Part shown: positions 43,386-55,590 of the stretch, in pieces
How the letters are laid out: each line of letters opens with the position of its first letter
Numbering within the stretch: position 1 is the first letter of the stretch
Assembly: GCA_951406725.2 (NCBI GenBank)
Contig: OX597814.1
Coordinates: 31,806,001-31,870,000, forward strand
Length of the DNA stretch: 64,000 nt
Origin: Octopus vulgaris
Taxonomy: Eukaryota
Reading direction: 5' to 3'
Translations under genes and position numbers: made by a program
The notes under the pieces: model-generated
Database searches by the model: none
Seen by the model: the letters and a program-made list of their open reading frames with translations, nothing else
Told to the model about the DNA's origin: nothing

Positions 43386-44249
43386 TAATATTAACACTTG
43401 TTTGTACTGTTTAGCCCATTGTCGAAATTCACCGAGCATCTATTTGTTGATGGGTGTTCCAGTCATGATCATCCTATCAATTTGTATATCAGCGACAACA
43501 CTTTTGGAATACATCGTCCTGTTTTGTTCGGTGTGGTGTCATTTTACACAAGCAGAAAAGTTTGGTTACTGTCTCTGCCTGATCGAGCGAACGAGCAGTA
43601 AGATGTCACATCGTTGTCTTACGTAAGATAAATCACTGTTGTAGATTGCATTAACCCTCAATTAATTCTAATTCAGTAGACCTTGTGATCAAACGTCAAA
43701 CAATAACCGTCCTTTCATGGCGTATACCAGAGATTACATATTACATCGTGTCCTTCTAATTATATCACATTATGGTGAGAATATTTAATCATTTATACTA
43801 ATTACAAACTACTCCTGAGACATTAATCTACTAATCTAGTAATTAATATCATAATTTATTAAATAGTTGTTGAAATCCTCTAGTAATTAATGTCGAGTGG
43901 TTAACTTTGTTTCATTGTATAAAATATACGGTGCATTCTCAAATTCTTCACATTTGAATAAGTGACTCTCTACCATTTGCCCTCGGATGGTTATTCGCGA
44001 GATAGGTGAAGCCTGACGAAAATAGATATGACGAAATTAGGGCTGCGATTCGTATTTCAAGCCGGAGAAAGATATATAGCCTAAAAGCCACTGCTATTTC
44101 ATTGTAAGATTAAATCACTCCCCAACCTCTCGCTGTTATGTCTGTCTGTCTCTCTCGTTATACACACACCCATAGTTATAAAAAAAAACATATATCAGAA
44201 AGAAGCACGCTCTAAAGAATAGAGCAGTAATTATTACAATAAAAATTTA

Positions 44250-45650
44250 ATATCTTGGAGTTACCCAATATTTCGCATCCACAAACCAAAACCTTGTGGA
44301 CAGCCCGTCAGACTATACAAATACAAAATTTAAAATATCTACGTCGCAGACGTGAGGAAACACTCAGAAATCGAGGATACATCTTAAAACAAAATGTTAA
44401 TGAAGACCCGGAGAGGCCTAACCAGCAAACGGGGAGATCCAATTTTCCAGTAAGAAACGTTTAAAGAGGATACATTTAGAAAACACATTTTTACGACTGT
44501 TTAATGCGCCAGATTTCTTATAGTCCTTAAGAATTTTGGTTCTCACCGCGATGCAGACCATGCAATGACCACTTCCTCTAATATACGGGCCCGGATGATC
44601 AATTAATTACCATCTGATGTCACACGGGTTCCCTTGATCTTTGAGGTCAGTGACGTGACAAAACGTCTATCTGGGACTCCGAAGGATGGTTGGTGGTTAA
44701 TAAAACGTTGCTTCAACGAAGAACTCGCAGAACCAATATATTTAAACACATGGGATGTGGCCCTATTCGCACTCTTGGTTACATATGGCGCGGGGCTGGT
44801 AATCCCATTGCTATCGAAGATAAATATTTGGTCATCTTCTAAGGTTGCGGAATTAGGAACGGTGGATACCTTCTCCAAGTCGCTGATCCCAGATAGGTCA
44901 TCATTTCTAGGTGCTGCGTGTGTACTGTTGGTAACATACATTGTGGGCCTGATCACTCTATCTGTATCTATGGTTTGTTCATTATCTGTAGCAGTGGTAC
45001 CGGGGTCTTGGGTGGCCTATCTGTGATGCTGGTCCAAGACTGGTTATCATCTCTGGGCGTGTAATTGTATTAATGTGAGAGCTGGTTAATCTGCAAATAA
45101 TATGGCTGTTTGATGGTACACTACTGCTATTGCGGATATCAGGTCTGGGTATCATTATACACTCATAGATGACCCCCTTCAGCCTCAGAGCAACCTCCTA
45201 CTAGACAGTTATTATATACCCTGCAAAAGCAGTCTGCCTCCTCCCTAAAAAGTTTTTATGTTAGGTGCACAACTAAAGGAGATTCTTAGGTTGTGTCTGT
45301 TAAATAAATGTCTGTATCTATATGTGTATAAAATCTTTGTTTATCAATCTAAGGAAAATCTATTCCACATAAGACTTGACATTAAGTGAGCAAGGGTGGA
45401 GCAAACCAAACGACAATTTCTGCGGCGCTTCCTTTTCTGGGTGCTAGTGCCAGGCATGAAGGAGATGCGGTCCTTAAACCCACTCGATGCCAGTGTCTCA
45501 TTGCAGTAGGGGGCAGTGACGTCGAAAATATCTTGGGTCATGGATAGATTCGAGATCCTCTTGCTTACACCTTTCACTAGGTTCTCGGAAACTACAGTGG
45601 GTGACAGAAGGCTGTGCTAGTATAAGACAGTCTCTCGTTTGGGTCTTCAA
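44250..45650 (-). mobile_element. Penelope-like element of a second clade (Naiad-like signature): RT thumb to GIY-YIG, plus 3' tail
   Basis: VSKRISNLS..DIFDVTAPYCNETLASSGFK, VWFAPP, FLRLINK, LFNRHNLRISFSCAPN, YIGSASSSLKQRFINHQPSF, CMVC...LNSRKNVFSKC. Degenerate hammerhead CTGACGG-GC..TCCACAA/TTGTGGAT..GC-GAAA at 44258-44315. Confidence 0.8.
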
Positions 45651-45774
45651 GTCTATAAGTGTTTTTCCCTCAGATTCAAGGGAAATAACCTGTCTTCATT
45701 AACATTTTTTTTGTTAAGACCTATACCTAGAGTTCTGTTGATGGAAGGGAACTGATTCACTGAACCCCTATGAA

Positions 45775-46483
45775 ATGAGTTTGTTTTAGTGACGAGGCGA
45801 CTTTTCATGTTTCAGGGAAATTAAACAGACACAATGTGAGAATCTGGGGATCAGAACACCCCCATGTGACTAGGGAGCTTCAACAGGATACTCCAAGAGT
45901 GAATGTGTGGTGTGGAATCATGTGCAATCGAATAATTGCTCCATTTTTCTTCAACGAGGCAACAATTACTGCAGATGTTTAACTCGACCTTCTGACCGAA
46001 TATGTCTGATTGATTTACAACCAACCATCATCTTCCAGTAAGATGGTTCACCACCACATTGAGGACGACATGTTCGTCAGTTCCTCAAGCAAACATTTTC
46101 AGACCGATGGATTGGAAGGGATGGGCCAATTCCATGGCCACCGCGTTCGCCAGATATCACTCACTTGGACTTCTTTTTATGGGGCTATGTAAAATATATC
46201 ATGTATCAAACAAAGATACGGGACATTGTTGACTTGAAGCAAATGATTCGTAATACCATTGCCATCGTTGAGGAGGCTATCCTACAGAGAACATGGCAAG
46301 AAATCGAGGACCGTCTTGATGTGCTTCGCGCAACTAATGGTTCCCATATTGAGGTCTATTAAATAACAGTTAAAAAAACTTTAATAAACAATTATTACAA
46401 TAAAAAAAATCTAGTTATGATATCTTCTCAACTGCCTTAGTAATAAAATTTTAAAATTGTAAAGATACTTTATGGACACCCTG
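45775..46483 (+). mobile_element. Tc1/mariner-superfamily DD41D (rosa-type) transposon, 3' half
   Basis: FSDEATFH...IFQ*DGSPPH...WPPRSPDITHLDFFLWGYVK, with 41 residues counted between D2 and D3. Right TIR ...CTTTATGGACACCCTG. Confidence 0.9.
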
Positions 46484-47298
46484 CATATATATATATGTAA
46501 CAGTATTTTACAAATGATATGATCTTGACTTGTAGGCAGGTTGTAAGATGGACTTCTATACAGTTCTTACACATGTATGGAGTTGAGGCTCCAAAAAATA
46601 AAAAAAAGAAATCCAAGATTTTTGATGCTACAGAAAAGAGAAGATGCTACACAGATGAATCTAACGCAGGTACTTGTGAATGCAAATGGAATTTTTTAAA
46701 TAATCGGTGATAAACCATTTACGGTGGCATAATCTTTTACGATGGCATATAAGCGACCGAAACAGTGCAATGCACGCAAGGGCTCCGAATGGACGCTTAC
46801 ACCATCGAACATTTTACTCACGGGATGCTGCCAGTTATTCCTTTTTATCTGACTGAACTGGAATGAAGTAGAATGAAGTGGAATGGAAATGTATTGAAGT
46901 GGTTTTACAACGGCCACATCACATTCCGTTCTGGGAATCGAACATACGAATTTCGGATTTAAAATTGTTAGTTCAACAGCCTAAACAAACCTATAGAACA
47001 TACAAACATACATACATACATATACATATACATGTAGAAACCTACATGCACACACAGATAAATAGTCACACAAATCCAATCGTACATACGGAGACATACG
47101 TATGCGTGAGATTGTCATTATTTGGAATGTATGTACAGGAGTCTGAAAGGAAGTGTTAAAGAATATTCAATCAAAATACATCACGGAAATTACAATGGTT
47201 TATATACATATGTGACTTCATACCTACTTGTGTTGATATACGCATGCACTTGTTTAATTGCATGTTTCTTATATGCAGTCGTGTTTATACATACATAC

Positions 47299-47345
<47 letters not shown>

Positions 47346-48461
47346 CATGTATTAAAACTGGGTCTTTTAAGTAACACTTTTCAAACATTATTATACTTTA
47401 CGTTTTCCTTTGTCTATTTGAAATTTTCACGGGGAATGCTTTCGTTTAGAGGAAGTCTTTGAAATAGATTCGCAGCAAGCTTTTTGATATCTTAAATTAG
47501 AAATATTCAAAACCGACGAATATTTATACATATATATATATTTATAAAATTATATTTTATATATAATACACACAAACAATTTTACATATATTTTACAAAT
47601 ATATATATATATCTACGTAAACAAACACACATATACAGACAAGCACACTCACACACATATAAATATACACTTATATATTAGCTTTTATCCAAAAAATATG
47701 GATTTTTTTCTCTTAAATGTGCTTTATTATTGTATCTAAAGACAAATTTTGATAGAATTATGTTGTTTCCTTTATAAACAACTTAGACATAGTGCAAGCA
47801 TTTTTCTTTTGTATAACCACGTATACTCAGAGGGGTACACAAATATATATATATAATTAAGCGCACGAAAGCAAATATGTGTAAATACGTTTGTATGCAG
47901 ATATATGCATATAAAGATATATACATATACGTATGTATTTGTCTGTCTATCTTCTATCTGTCTATCTATCAATTTATCTCTACCCCTCTCCTCCTCATTA
48001 TATATACGTTTATATGTATGTGAATGTTATACTCGCTCTATCTCCTATTTGAAAATGTATGTAATATGTTAACTAATAAAAGAATTTAAAAGGAAGGATG
48101 AAACGGTAAGTAAAGACATCAAATAATCATATATGTGTATTAAATTACAATCGTATTGAATTATTTTGCTATATCCCAGATCTAATTTATTAATTTACGA
48201 TCATACATACACACACACACATATATATACGTAAGCTTAGTATTTAAAATTGTGTACGATTAAATAATCTCTTCATAGAAATATCTCGATAATAATATTA
48301 TCAAATTTAGTAACATTTACTTATATAGGATATATATCGTCCGTATATGTAAGTATTCGTATGTTGTATATATATATATATTTATATAAGTTTAAATGAC
48401 TAAGGAAAATAATCTAACAAAGTTGCATATGAGCCCTCGACAGAATAAAAAGAGGAACGCT

Positions 48462-48537
48462 TTCATATTCGTGTGAGAGTCGAACCCACATCCCTTTGTT
48501 AACGTGACGAAGTGTGTTACATTTAGACTAGTGAATC
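48462..48537 (-). other. tRNA-like (Pol III A/B box) sequence, probably a decayed SINE head or tRNA pseudogene
   Basis: ATTCACTAGTCTAAATG...GTGGGTTCGACTCTCAC. The T-arm is recognisable but the other arms pair poorly. Confidence 0.4.
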
Positions 48538-48976
48538 AACTTCTCTTTCACTGACAAAATTAAGGAGTATAATACTGTTTGTTTTTTAATATGTAAACAA
48601 ACTTTCTATATGCTTTCGTACCGAAAGCATATTTATTTGTATTTATATACTATATTTTGGTATATCTCACTTAGGAGGCAAAGTATAATGTTTATATAAG
48701 CCAGAATCCCGGGTCTGGGATTATCCAGTAATTTGCTAGTTTATTTGTCTATTTGTTTTTTCACCTTGTGCTGTACGAATACTTGATGTGGTTTCGGAGT
48801 CAAGCTTTGACTTCCATCTCTAGTGTGGTGGTATCTCTGAGATACCCTCAATTATAATTTATTAATAATTATTACCTATAAGGTGTTTCTTCCAATGCTG
48901 GCCACTTAATATGATCGTTATTTTAAATAACGGTCTTATCTTTATTTATATGAATATATATATATATATATTTATA

Positions 48977-49018
<42 letters not shown>

Positions 49019-49021
<3 letters not shown>

Positions 49022-49416
49022 TTATATATAAAAGTCAAGTTGTGTGTCTGTCTCCTACGATTTAGATTCCTAACTACTCCCACATTTTGCGGTGCAGTGT
49101 AACCAAAAGCAGGTATCTTATAGTCGTGATTCATATCGAGCCCTTCTGGGTATTAGCGCGCGTCTACGATGAGTCTACGATTTTAAAAATAATTTACCAT
49201 CATTTTTTTCCATTTTAATGCATTTTTTCGCTATTATATAAGGGAAGTAACTCTTTAAAAATGTCTACGATGAGTCAACGATTTAAAAAAAAAATTACAT
49301 TCATTTTTTTTCCCATTTATAATGCATTTTTTGCTATTTTTTGGCTATAACTCTCTAAAAATGCTTATATAGTTATTTCCCTTACAAATCGAAGCAACGC
49401 CGGGCGATACTGCTAG
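49019..49416 (+). mobile_element. Non-autonomous Helitron
   Basis: 5' TC, 3' GC-rich hairpin (gcaacgccgggcgatactgc) then CTAG. Inserted between A and T in (TA)n. Internal ~100 bp duplication (49162 / 49263). Confidence 0.85.
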
Positions 49417-49599
49417 TATATATATATACATATATACACATTTATATATATGTATGTATATATATATATGTATATATATGTATGTACATCTATATCCTTA
49501 TACACACATATACGCATATATACACTGTACTTGTGTTGTTAGTGGATATGTTTACTAATTTATTTGATTGACTCGCATCAAGAATAACCCAAATATGTT

Positions 49600-50520
49600 T
49601 TAAAGTTGGTGCACATTTATGGTTGCTTCAATACGTGACCAGAATCCTTGACAATCTTGCACTAAATGCTCCATATTCATGTCGGGCATCATTTGAAGAA
49701 TAATGACTCAAGAATAGTATTGCATTGTGAGGATATTGATGAGTTTCCCTTTCAGCAACACTCCAATCGCAGTTGTCTATGGGGTTTAAATTTGGCGAAT
49801 TTGCTGGCTGCAGGTTTGGTGTTACCCGACCATAAAGATAGTCCGACATCAGGATTATTGGGTTTTGCGAGGTGGTGTTGGATCTTCTTGAAACACGTAT
49901 AACCTTCCACTACGGACATCATCCTATCCGGCTTTATTAAGTACCCCCTGCATCTCATGTACCCGACAGAATTAATGTTAAGCCCTCGTGAAAATATGTA
50001 AAGTAGCATGACATGACTTTCAATATCCCCGCTCTTAAAGCCATCACAGTTTCTGGAATATTAGTTTGTATCACTCTGGGTGCATCAGAAGCTATCTGCA
50101 CAGAATCATTTGTCATTTCTCCTGTTTCACTTTTGGTTTTAACTGATATTCTTCTCATTAATAAAAAAACCCAAAGCATGCAATGCTTATGAGGACTTTT
50201 AGCTTTCTTAAATAACAGATTCTTGTGGTTTTAGCAGACATAAATCAGTCCTTCTCACTACATACGAACTGTAGGCTTTCATACGCTATTGTTCTGATAG
50301 CCGACTTTGACATCTGATGTGCTTTTGCGACGGCACTATTTTTTCCCCGACAATCATTGATAACATTCTGAATCCGTTGCATGCATTGCAGTATCCTTAT
50401 GGTATCGAACTTTTTGAATGACTTTTTCCCCCATGTGAAACGGTTGAAAAACTCCCGCCAAAACTTCCAAATCCTTTATTTAGTTTAAATAGATGATTAT
50501 ACAAATAATATAGTTAATAT
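49600..50520 (-). mobile_element. Decayed DD37D (maT)-like transposase
   Basis: PANSPNLNPIDNCDWSVAERETHQYPHN resembles WPPNSPDLNPLDYxVWxxxERETN. FSRGLNINSVGY lies upstream. Confidence 0.65.
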
Positions 50521-50939
50521 ACTTAAATCAACACAAGTCTGGTTTTATAAGTTGTTCATGAATACACTAGAAGCACAATTTTATATATACTTCAGTTATT
50601 TTATTGGGATATTACTAATATTTTACTGGACTGCTAATTTGCGAGGACGTAAAGGAGACAATATCGGTTGTCGAACGGTGGTGGAAACGAACACAAACAC
50701 AAACCGTATACACTCGCACACACACGCGCGCGCATATTATGTACGATGGTCTTCCACATAGTTTCCGTCGACTAGGTTCATTCACAAAGCAATGATCATC
50801 CCGGGACTATTGGAACAGATACTTTCCAAAGGTGCCGCGCAATGGGAATGAACCCGAAACAACGTGATTACAGTGTGAACTTCTCAACCACAAAAGCATC
50901 TGTCAATGTTAATATAGAAACATATGCTGTTATGTTAAA

Positions 50940-51341
50940 GCGGCGAGCTGGCAGAAACGTTAGCACGCCGGGCGAAATGCTTAGCGGTATTTCGTCTGGC
51001 GCTACACTCTGAGTTCAAATTCCGCCGAGGTCGACTTTGCCTTTCATCCTTTAGGGTCGATTAAATAAGTACCAGTTACGCACTGGGGTCGATATAATTG
51101 ACTTAATCCGTTTGCCTGTCCTTCTTTGTCCCCTCTGTGTTTAGCCCCTTGTGGGTAATAAAGAAATAGGTATTTCGTCTGCCGCTAAACTCTGAGTTCA
51201 AATTCCGCCGAGGTTGACTTTACCTTTCATCCTTTCGGGGTCGATAAATAACGTACGAATCACGCACTGGGGTCGATGTAATCGATTTAATCCATTTGTT
51301 TGTCCCCTCTATGTTTAGCCCCTTGTGGGTAATAAAGAAAT
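50940..51341 (+). mobile_element. SINE family C with two tandem body units
   Basis: Junction AAAGAAATA|GGTATTTCGTCTGCCG at ~51168. Confidence 0.9.
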
Positions 51342-52107
51342 AATATGTTTCCGTAGAATTGCAGTTGTTATTTCTAGATGATTCAGAGAGTTCATAGAGG
51401 TACTTTCTGGTTGCCATTTTGTTATCCTGATTCCATTGTTATTTTTATTGTTTGCGTTCTGTAATTGTTTTTGTTCTTGTTGTTGCAAGCAATTACATTT
51501 ACTAATTTATCTTTTGAAAACGATTAATATTTTTGTAGATTATTTGTATTTATTTAATATTATAGTTATGAATATTACCATTGCTGTCGTTGTTCTTGTT
51601 GTTGGATTTTTAATATATAATTTACTTGTGATTGGGCTCGATGTTTTTCCTACCAGATTAGGGAGGTGAGTGTAATAGTTTTTCCTTCGACATTGAAACA
51701 TCATGGTAAATATCTCATTGCTTAACTGAATTCAATTACATATGAACAACGGTATGTGGGGAAATCTAAAAGCAAAATCTGGTCATCTATTTTAACCAAT
51801 TCAACAGTCATTAAATAAGAATTCAAGTGCAAACGTTAATATGATTTATTTTGAAAAGTGGAAATATGAATAGAAATAAGAAATCACATTTTGGTTCTAA
51901 GTTCTTCACGAAAATTGCTTTCTATTATTAAAATAGAAGTAGTTACTTGTAAAATATTGCCTGATTCTTCAACGCTTATTATCATTAAGCATTTGTATTT
52001 TAATACGAACACTCTCGTCTACTCTCCAATATTCGCTCATATACGCAAAAGTCTCAATGATGGAGTCATTTTTGCTCGTTCGACTTGCTAGAAATAATTG
52101 CAAAAAA

Positions 52108-52521
52108 GGCGGCGAACTGACAGAGACGTTAGCACGCCGGGCGAAATGGATAACGGTATTCCGTCTGCCGCTACGTTCTGAGTTCAAATTCCGCTGAGGT
52201 CGACTTTACCTTTCATCCATTCGGGGTCGATAAATTAAGTACCAGTTACGCACTAGGGTCGATGTAATTGATTTAATCCGTGTGTCTGTCCTTGTTTGTC
52301 CTCTCTGTGTTTAGCCCCTTGTGGGTAGTAAATAAATAAGTATTTCGTCTGCCGCTACGTTCTGAGTTCAAATTCCGCCAAGGTTGACTTTGCCTTTCAT
52401 CCTTTCGGGGTCGATAAAATAGCTACCAGTTATGCACTGGTTTCGATATAATCGACTTAATCCCTTTGACTGTCCTTTTTTGTCCCCTCTATGTTTAGCC
52501 CCTTGCGGGTAGTAAAGAAAT
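52108..52521 (+). mobile_element. SINE family C with two tandem body units
   Basis: Junction AAATAAATA|AGTATTTCGTCTGCCG at ~52338. Flanking repeat agaaataat(t/a)gca. Confidence 0.9.
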
Positions 52522-52947
52522 AAGAAATAATAGCATATTCTACCTCAGTCCAAACAGCACTGACTTGAATAAGAAGACCCATTAGTCATTTAAGTCCTAG
52601 ATATACAAAGAGTCACGAATGGGGAAATATTTCACCAGGTAACCTCGATCTAAGATGAGAAATGAGGAAACAACAAAACACACACAGAAGTGTATGATTA
52701 CACATACGCATACACACACGCATACACACACACAAAGAATATCAACGAAACGGAAAATCACACACATACGCAGAGAACATATGCATATAGATTAGCTGAA
52801 GGTATCGGCGTTATTACATTTCCATATTGGTTTTAGATATTAAACACTCATAGAAGGCAGTTTGTGTTTAAATTGGCAGGGTAACTGCAGGTCAAGAAAA
52901 ATAGGCCTACATACGTATATAGATACATAACTACACGCACACACACA

Positions 52948-52981
<34 letters not shown>

Positions 52982-53005
52982 TATGTATATATCTATATAT
53001 ATATA

Positions 53006-53041
<36 letters not shown>

Positions 53042-53093
53042 TGTATGTATGTCTGTATTTATATACATATAAATAAAAAGGGGTTTGTATGAT

Positions 53094-53124
<31 letters not shown>

Positions 53125-53368
53125 GCATATGTATATATATATATATTATTCAAAGGAATTCCAAGTCTGTTTTTTATGTTTTATTTATATTTTTTATAAT
53201 ATTAATGTAGAATATAGAATATATAGTATAAATAGTATATATAGTAAAATGAAATGAAGTATTGATTGTCTTATTGAATAGATGAAATATTGAATATCAA
53301 ATATTAAGGGACTAGTATACTTTCTTGCATTAAATCAGTTTTCAAGGTCCCAGGTTGTGGAATTCTTT

Positions 53369-53427
<59 letters not shown>

Positions 53428-53902
53428 AAAAATGAAGTTCGAAAATGCTGCTGTATTATACAATTTTTAATTTTTATATATACATTATAACATGTTTCAG
53501 TTCCTGAAATGAACCTTATCAAAAAAAGTTATATATAAAAAGAGACAGCTCATGCCGTCAAACACAAGAAATTCATTTATAATACACAACGGAGTCAGAC
53601 ATCTTAGAGTTCATGTATAGTTGATATATAGTTCATGTATAGTTGATATATAGTTTGAAGTATATGTTCAAAGTGTTCGATGCAGTGGCCTACGGTGGCG
53701 ATACGTATTCAATACAAAAAACAGATCAAAGTGGTGGAAAGCGGTCAATACAGAAGATTGATGTTTCCGAAAGAGCGAGGAATTCATTTTTACCTTAAGC
53801 AATTGTGATGACCCATGGTGGAAGTTCGCTGGGTGGTTCTAGTGATTTTTTGTGAAATGCTCGGTTTTATAATGCCTGTTAGGTGGTCAATCTAGCGTAG
53901 CG

Positions 53903-54236
53903 TGACGTCATCAATGTTTTGACCAATCGTTTCGTTAGGTGACTTTAATCAAGTGGAACGGGACGTCATCATTATTTTGACCAATCGCTGCATTATAACT
54001 CCCTCTTGTTTGTTTCCTGTCTTGACCAGTCGCTTCGTTAGTCAAGCATAGCGGGACGTCATCCAGATTCTGCCCAATCACGACTTATAGCTACATTAGA
54101 TCTGCCCCCTGTCTGTACTTGTTAGGTGACTATTCAAGCAGAAAAGGACGTCATCAATATTCTGACTAATGACTGTCCCCTGTTTGTATCCTGTCCATTC
54201 TAGCAGAGCTAGACGTCATCAACTTGTTGACCAATC
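53903..54236. promoter_or_regulatory. Array of five GACGTCATC-N10-CCAAT (CRE-like + CCAAT box) modules
   Basis: GACGTC at 53904, 53962, 54055, 54147 and 54212. CCAAT (once CTAAT) starts exactly 19 bp after each. Confidence 0.6.
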
Positions 54237-54702
54237 AGAATCGGGTCTGACCCTTAGCTGTATCGTATGTATCAGGGTCAGATTTGCACGAAAGAATTTT
54301 TTTCCCTTTTTTACTAAGGCATATTTCCGTCAGAGTGAGTGTCTGTTTGAAGTAGCGGCCGTGGTGAAATTTGGTTCTCCTTTTCGGAGGACTTATCTTT
54401 TGTTTTAGTATTCCTGGCCCAGGGTGTTTAAACTTGGTTATATATATATAACCAGGGTGTTTAAACTTGGTTATATATATATAACTAATGTACGATAAAA
54501 AATTTTTCGGGAAAAAAATTATATCAATGGCCAGCATATCAAAAAATACCTTTAAAGGTTAAATTTATAAATAATTTACAAGATAAGGGCAAAAGAAAAA
54601 TTCTAATGCCAAATATGCCGAAAAAAAGACTAAAATTGTCAATAACCATTATAATTTATGCGTCTCGAAACAAACCGATAGAAATTTCTAAAAAATTCGT
54701 TA

Positions 54703-54763
54703 TTACCGTATTGGTCCAATTTCGGGATTAATTCATAAGAAATTTTCCCCTCTTCATCGGCAA
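54703..54763 (-). ncRNA. Type I hammerhead motif (variant base at C3), inverted copy
   Basis: TTGCCG-ATGAAGA-GGGG...TCCC-GAAA-TTGGACCAA-TA^CGGTAA. Confidence 0.65.
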
Positions 54764-55321
54764 ATACGCGAGATATAAGTAAAAAACTTACTCATATCCA
54801 TGGAAAAAGCAAGCACTAAGTCCTGAGCAGACCTAAGTACCCCAAATATATTCAAAATAGAAAAATCTTCGGCACATCTCGAGACACGTGTGATTCGAAC
54901 TAGAAACAGAATAATGAATTTTTTAGAAATTTCTATCGGTTTGTTTCGAGACGCATAAATTATAATGGTTATTGACAATTTTTGTCTTTTTTCGGCTTAT
55001 TAGGCATTAGAATTTTTCTTTTGCACTTATCTTGTAAATTATTTATAAATTTGACCTTTAAAGGTATTTTTTGATATGCTGGCCATTGATAAAAAGTTTT
55101 TCTCCCGAAAAAAATTTTATCCTACATTAGTTATAAATTGAATAGTGTTCACTTCCGGATTCTCTCACACTGTGAAAGTTTCTAGTTCGAATCACACGTG
55201 TCTCGAAATGTGCCGAAGATTTTTCTATTTTTGATATATTTGGGGTACTTAGGTCTGCTCAGGACTTAGTGCTTGCTTTTTCCATTGGTATGAGTAAGTT
55301 TTTCACTTATATCTCGCGTAT

Positions 55322-55384
55322 TTGCCGTTGAAGAGGGGGAAACATTTCTTATGAATTAACCCCGAAATTGGACCAATACGGCAA
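55322..55384 (+). ncRNA. Type I hammerhead motif (variant base at C3)
   Basis: TTGCCG-TTGAAGA-GGGG...CCCC-GAAA-TTGGACCAA-TA^CGGCAA. Confidence 0.7.
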
Positions 55385-55508
55385 TAACGAATGTTTTAGA
55401 AATTTCTATCGGTTTGTTTCGAGATGCATAAATTATAATGGTTATTGACAATTTTTGTCTTTTTTTCGGCATATTTGGCGTTAGAATTTTTCTTTTGCCC
55501 TTATCTTG

Positions 55509-55542
<34 letters not shown>

Positions 55543-55556
55543 AGACATACATCAAG

Positions 55557-55590
55557 GATATCCAGAGGTAATGCATTACCTCTGGATATC
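55557..55590. repeat. Perfect 34 bp palindrome at the 5' end of a fragment (to 55672) of the 31280-31620 family
   Basis: GATATCCAGAGGTAATG|CATTACCTCTGGATATC. Confidence 0.9.

Larger units (their letters stand above)
54481..55511. mobile_element. Head-to-head inverted plus tandem copies of a ~473 bp hammerhead element, both outer ends in (TA)n
   Basis: 54481-54908 is an inverted copy. 54910-55511 is ~1.3 forward units (54911 repeats at 55384). Hammerhead motifs at 54703-54763 (-) and 55322-55384 (+). Confidence 0.85.

Noticed and set aside
44400-45650. Selenocysteine recoding in the Naiad-like element
   Set aside because: The copy is too decayed, and no SECIS or conserved UGA is identifiable by eye.
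53903-54236. CRISPR-like look of short conserved repeats with variable spacers
   Set aside because: Eukaryotic context, degenerate repeats, related spacers of irregular length and no cas genes.
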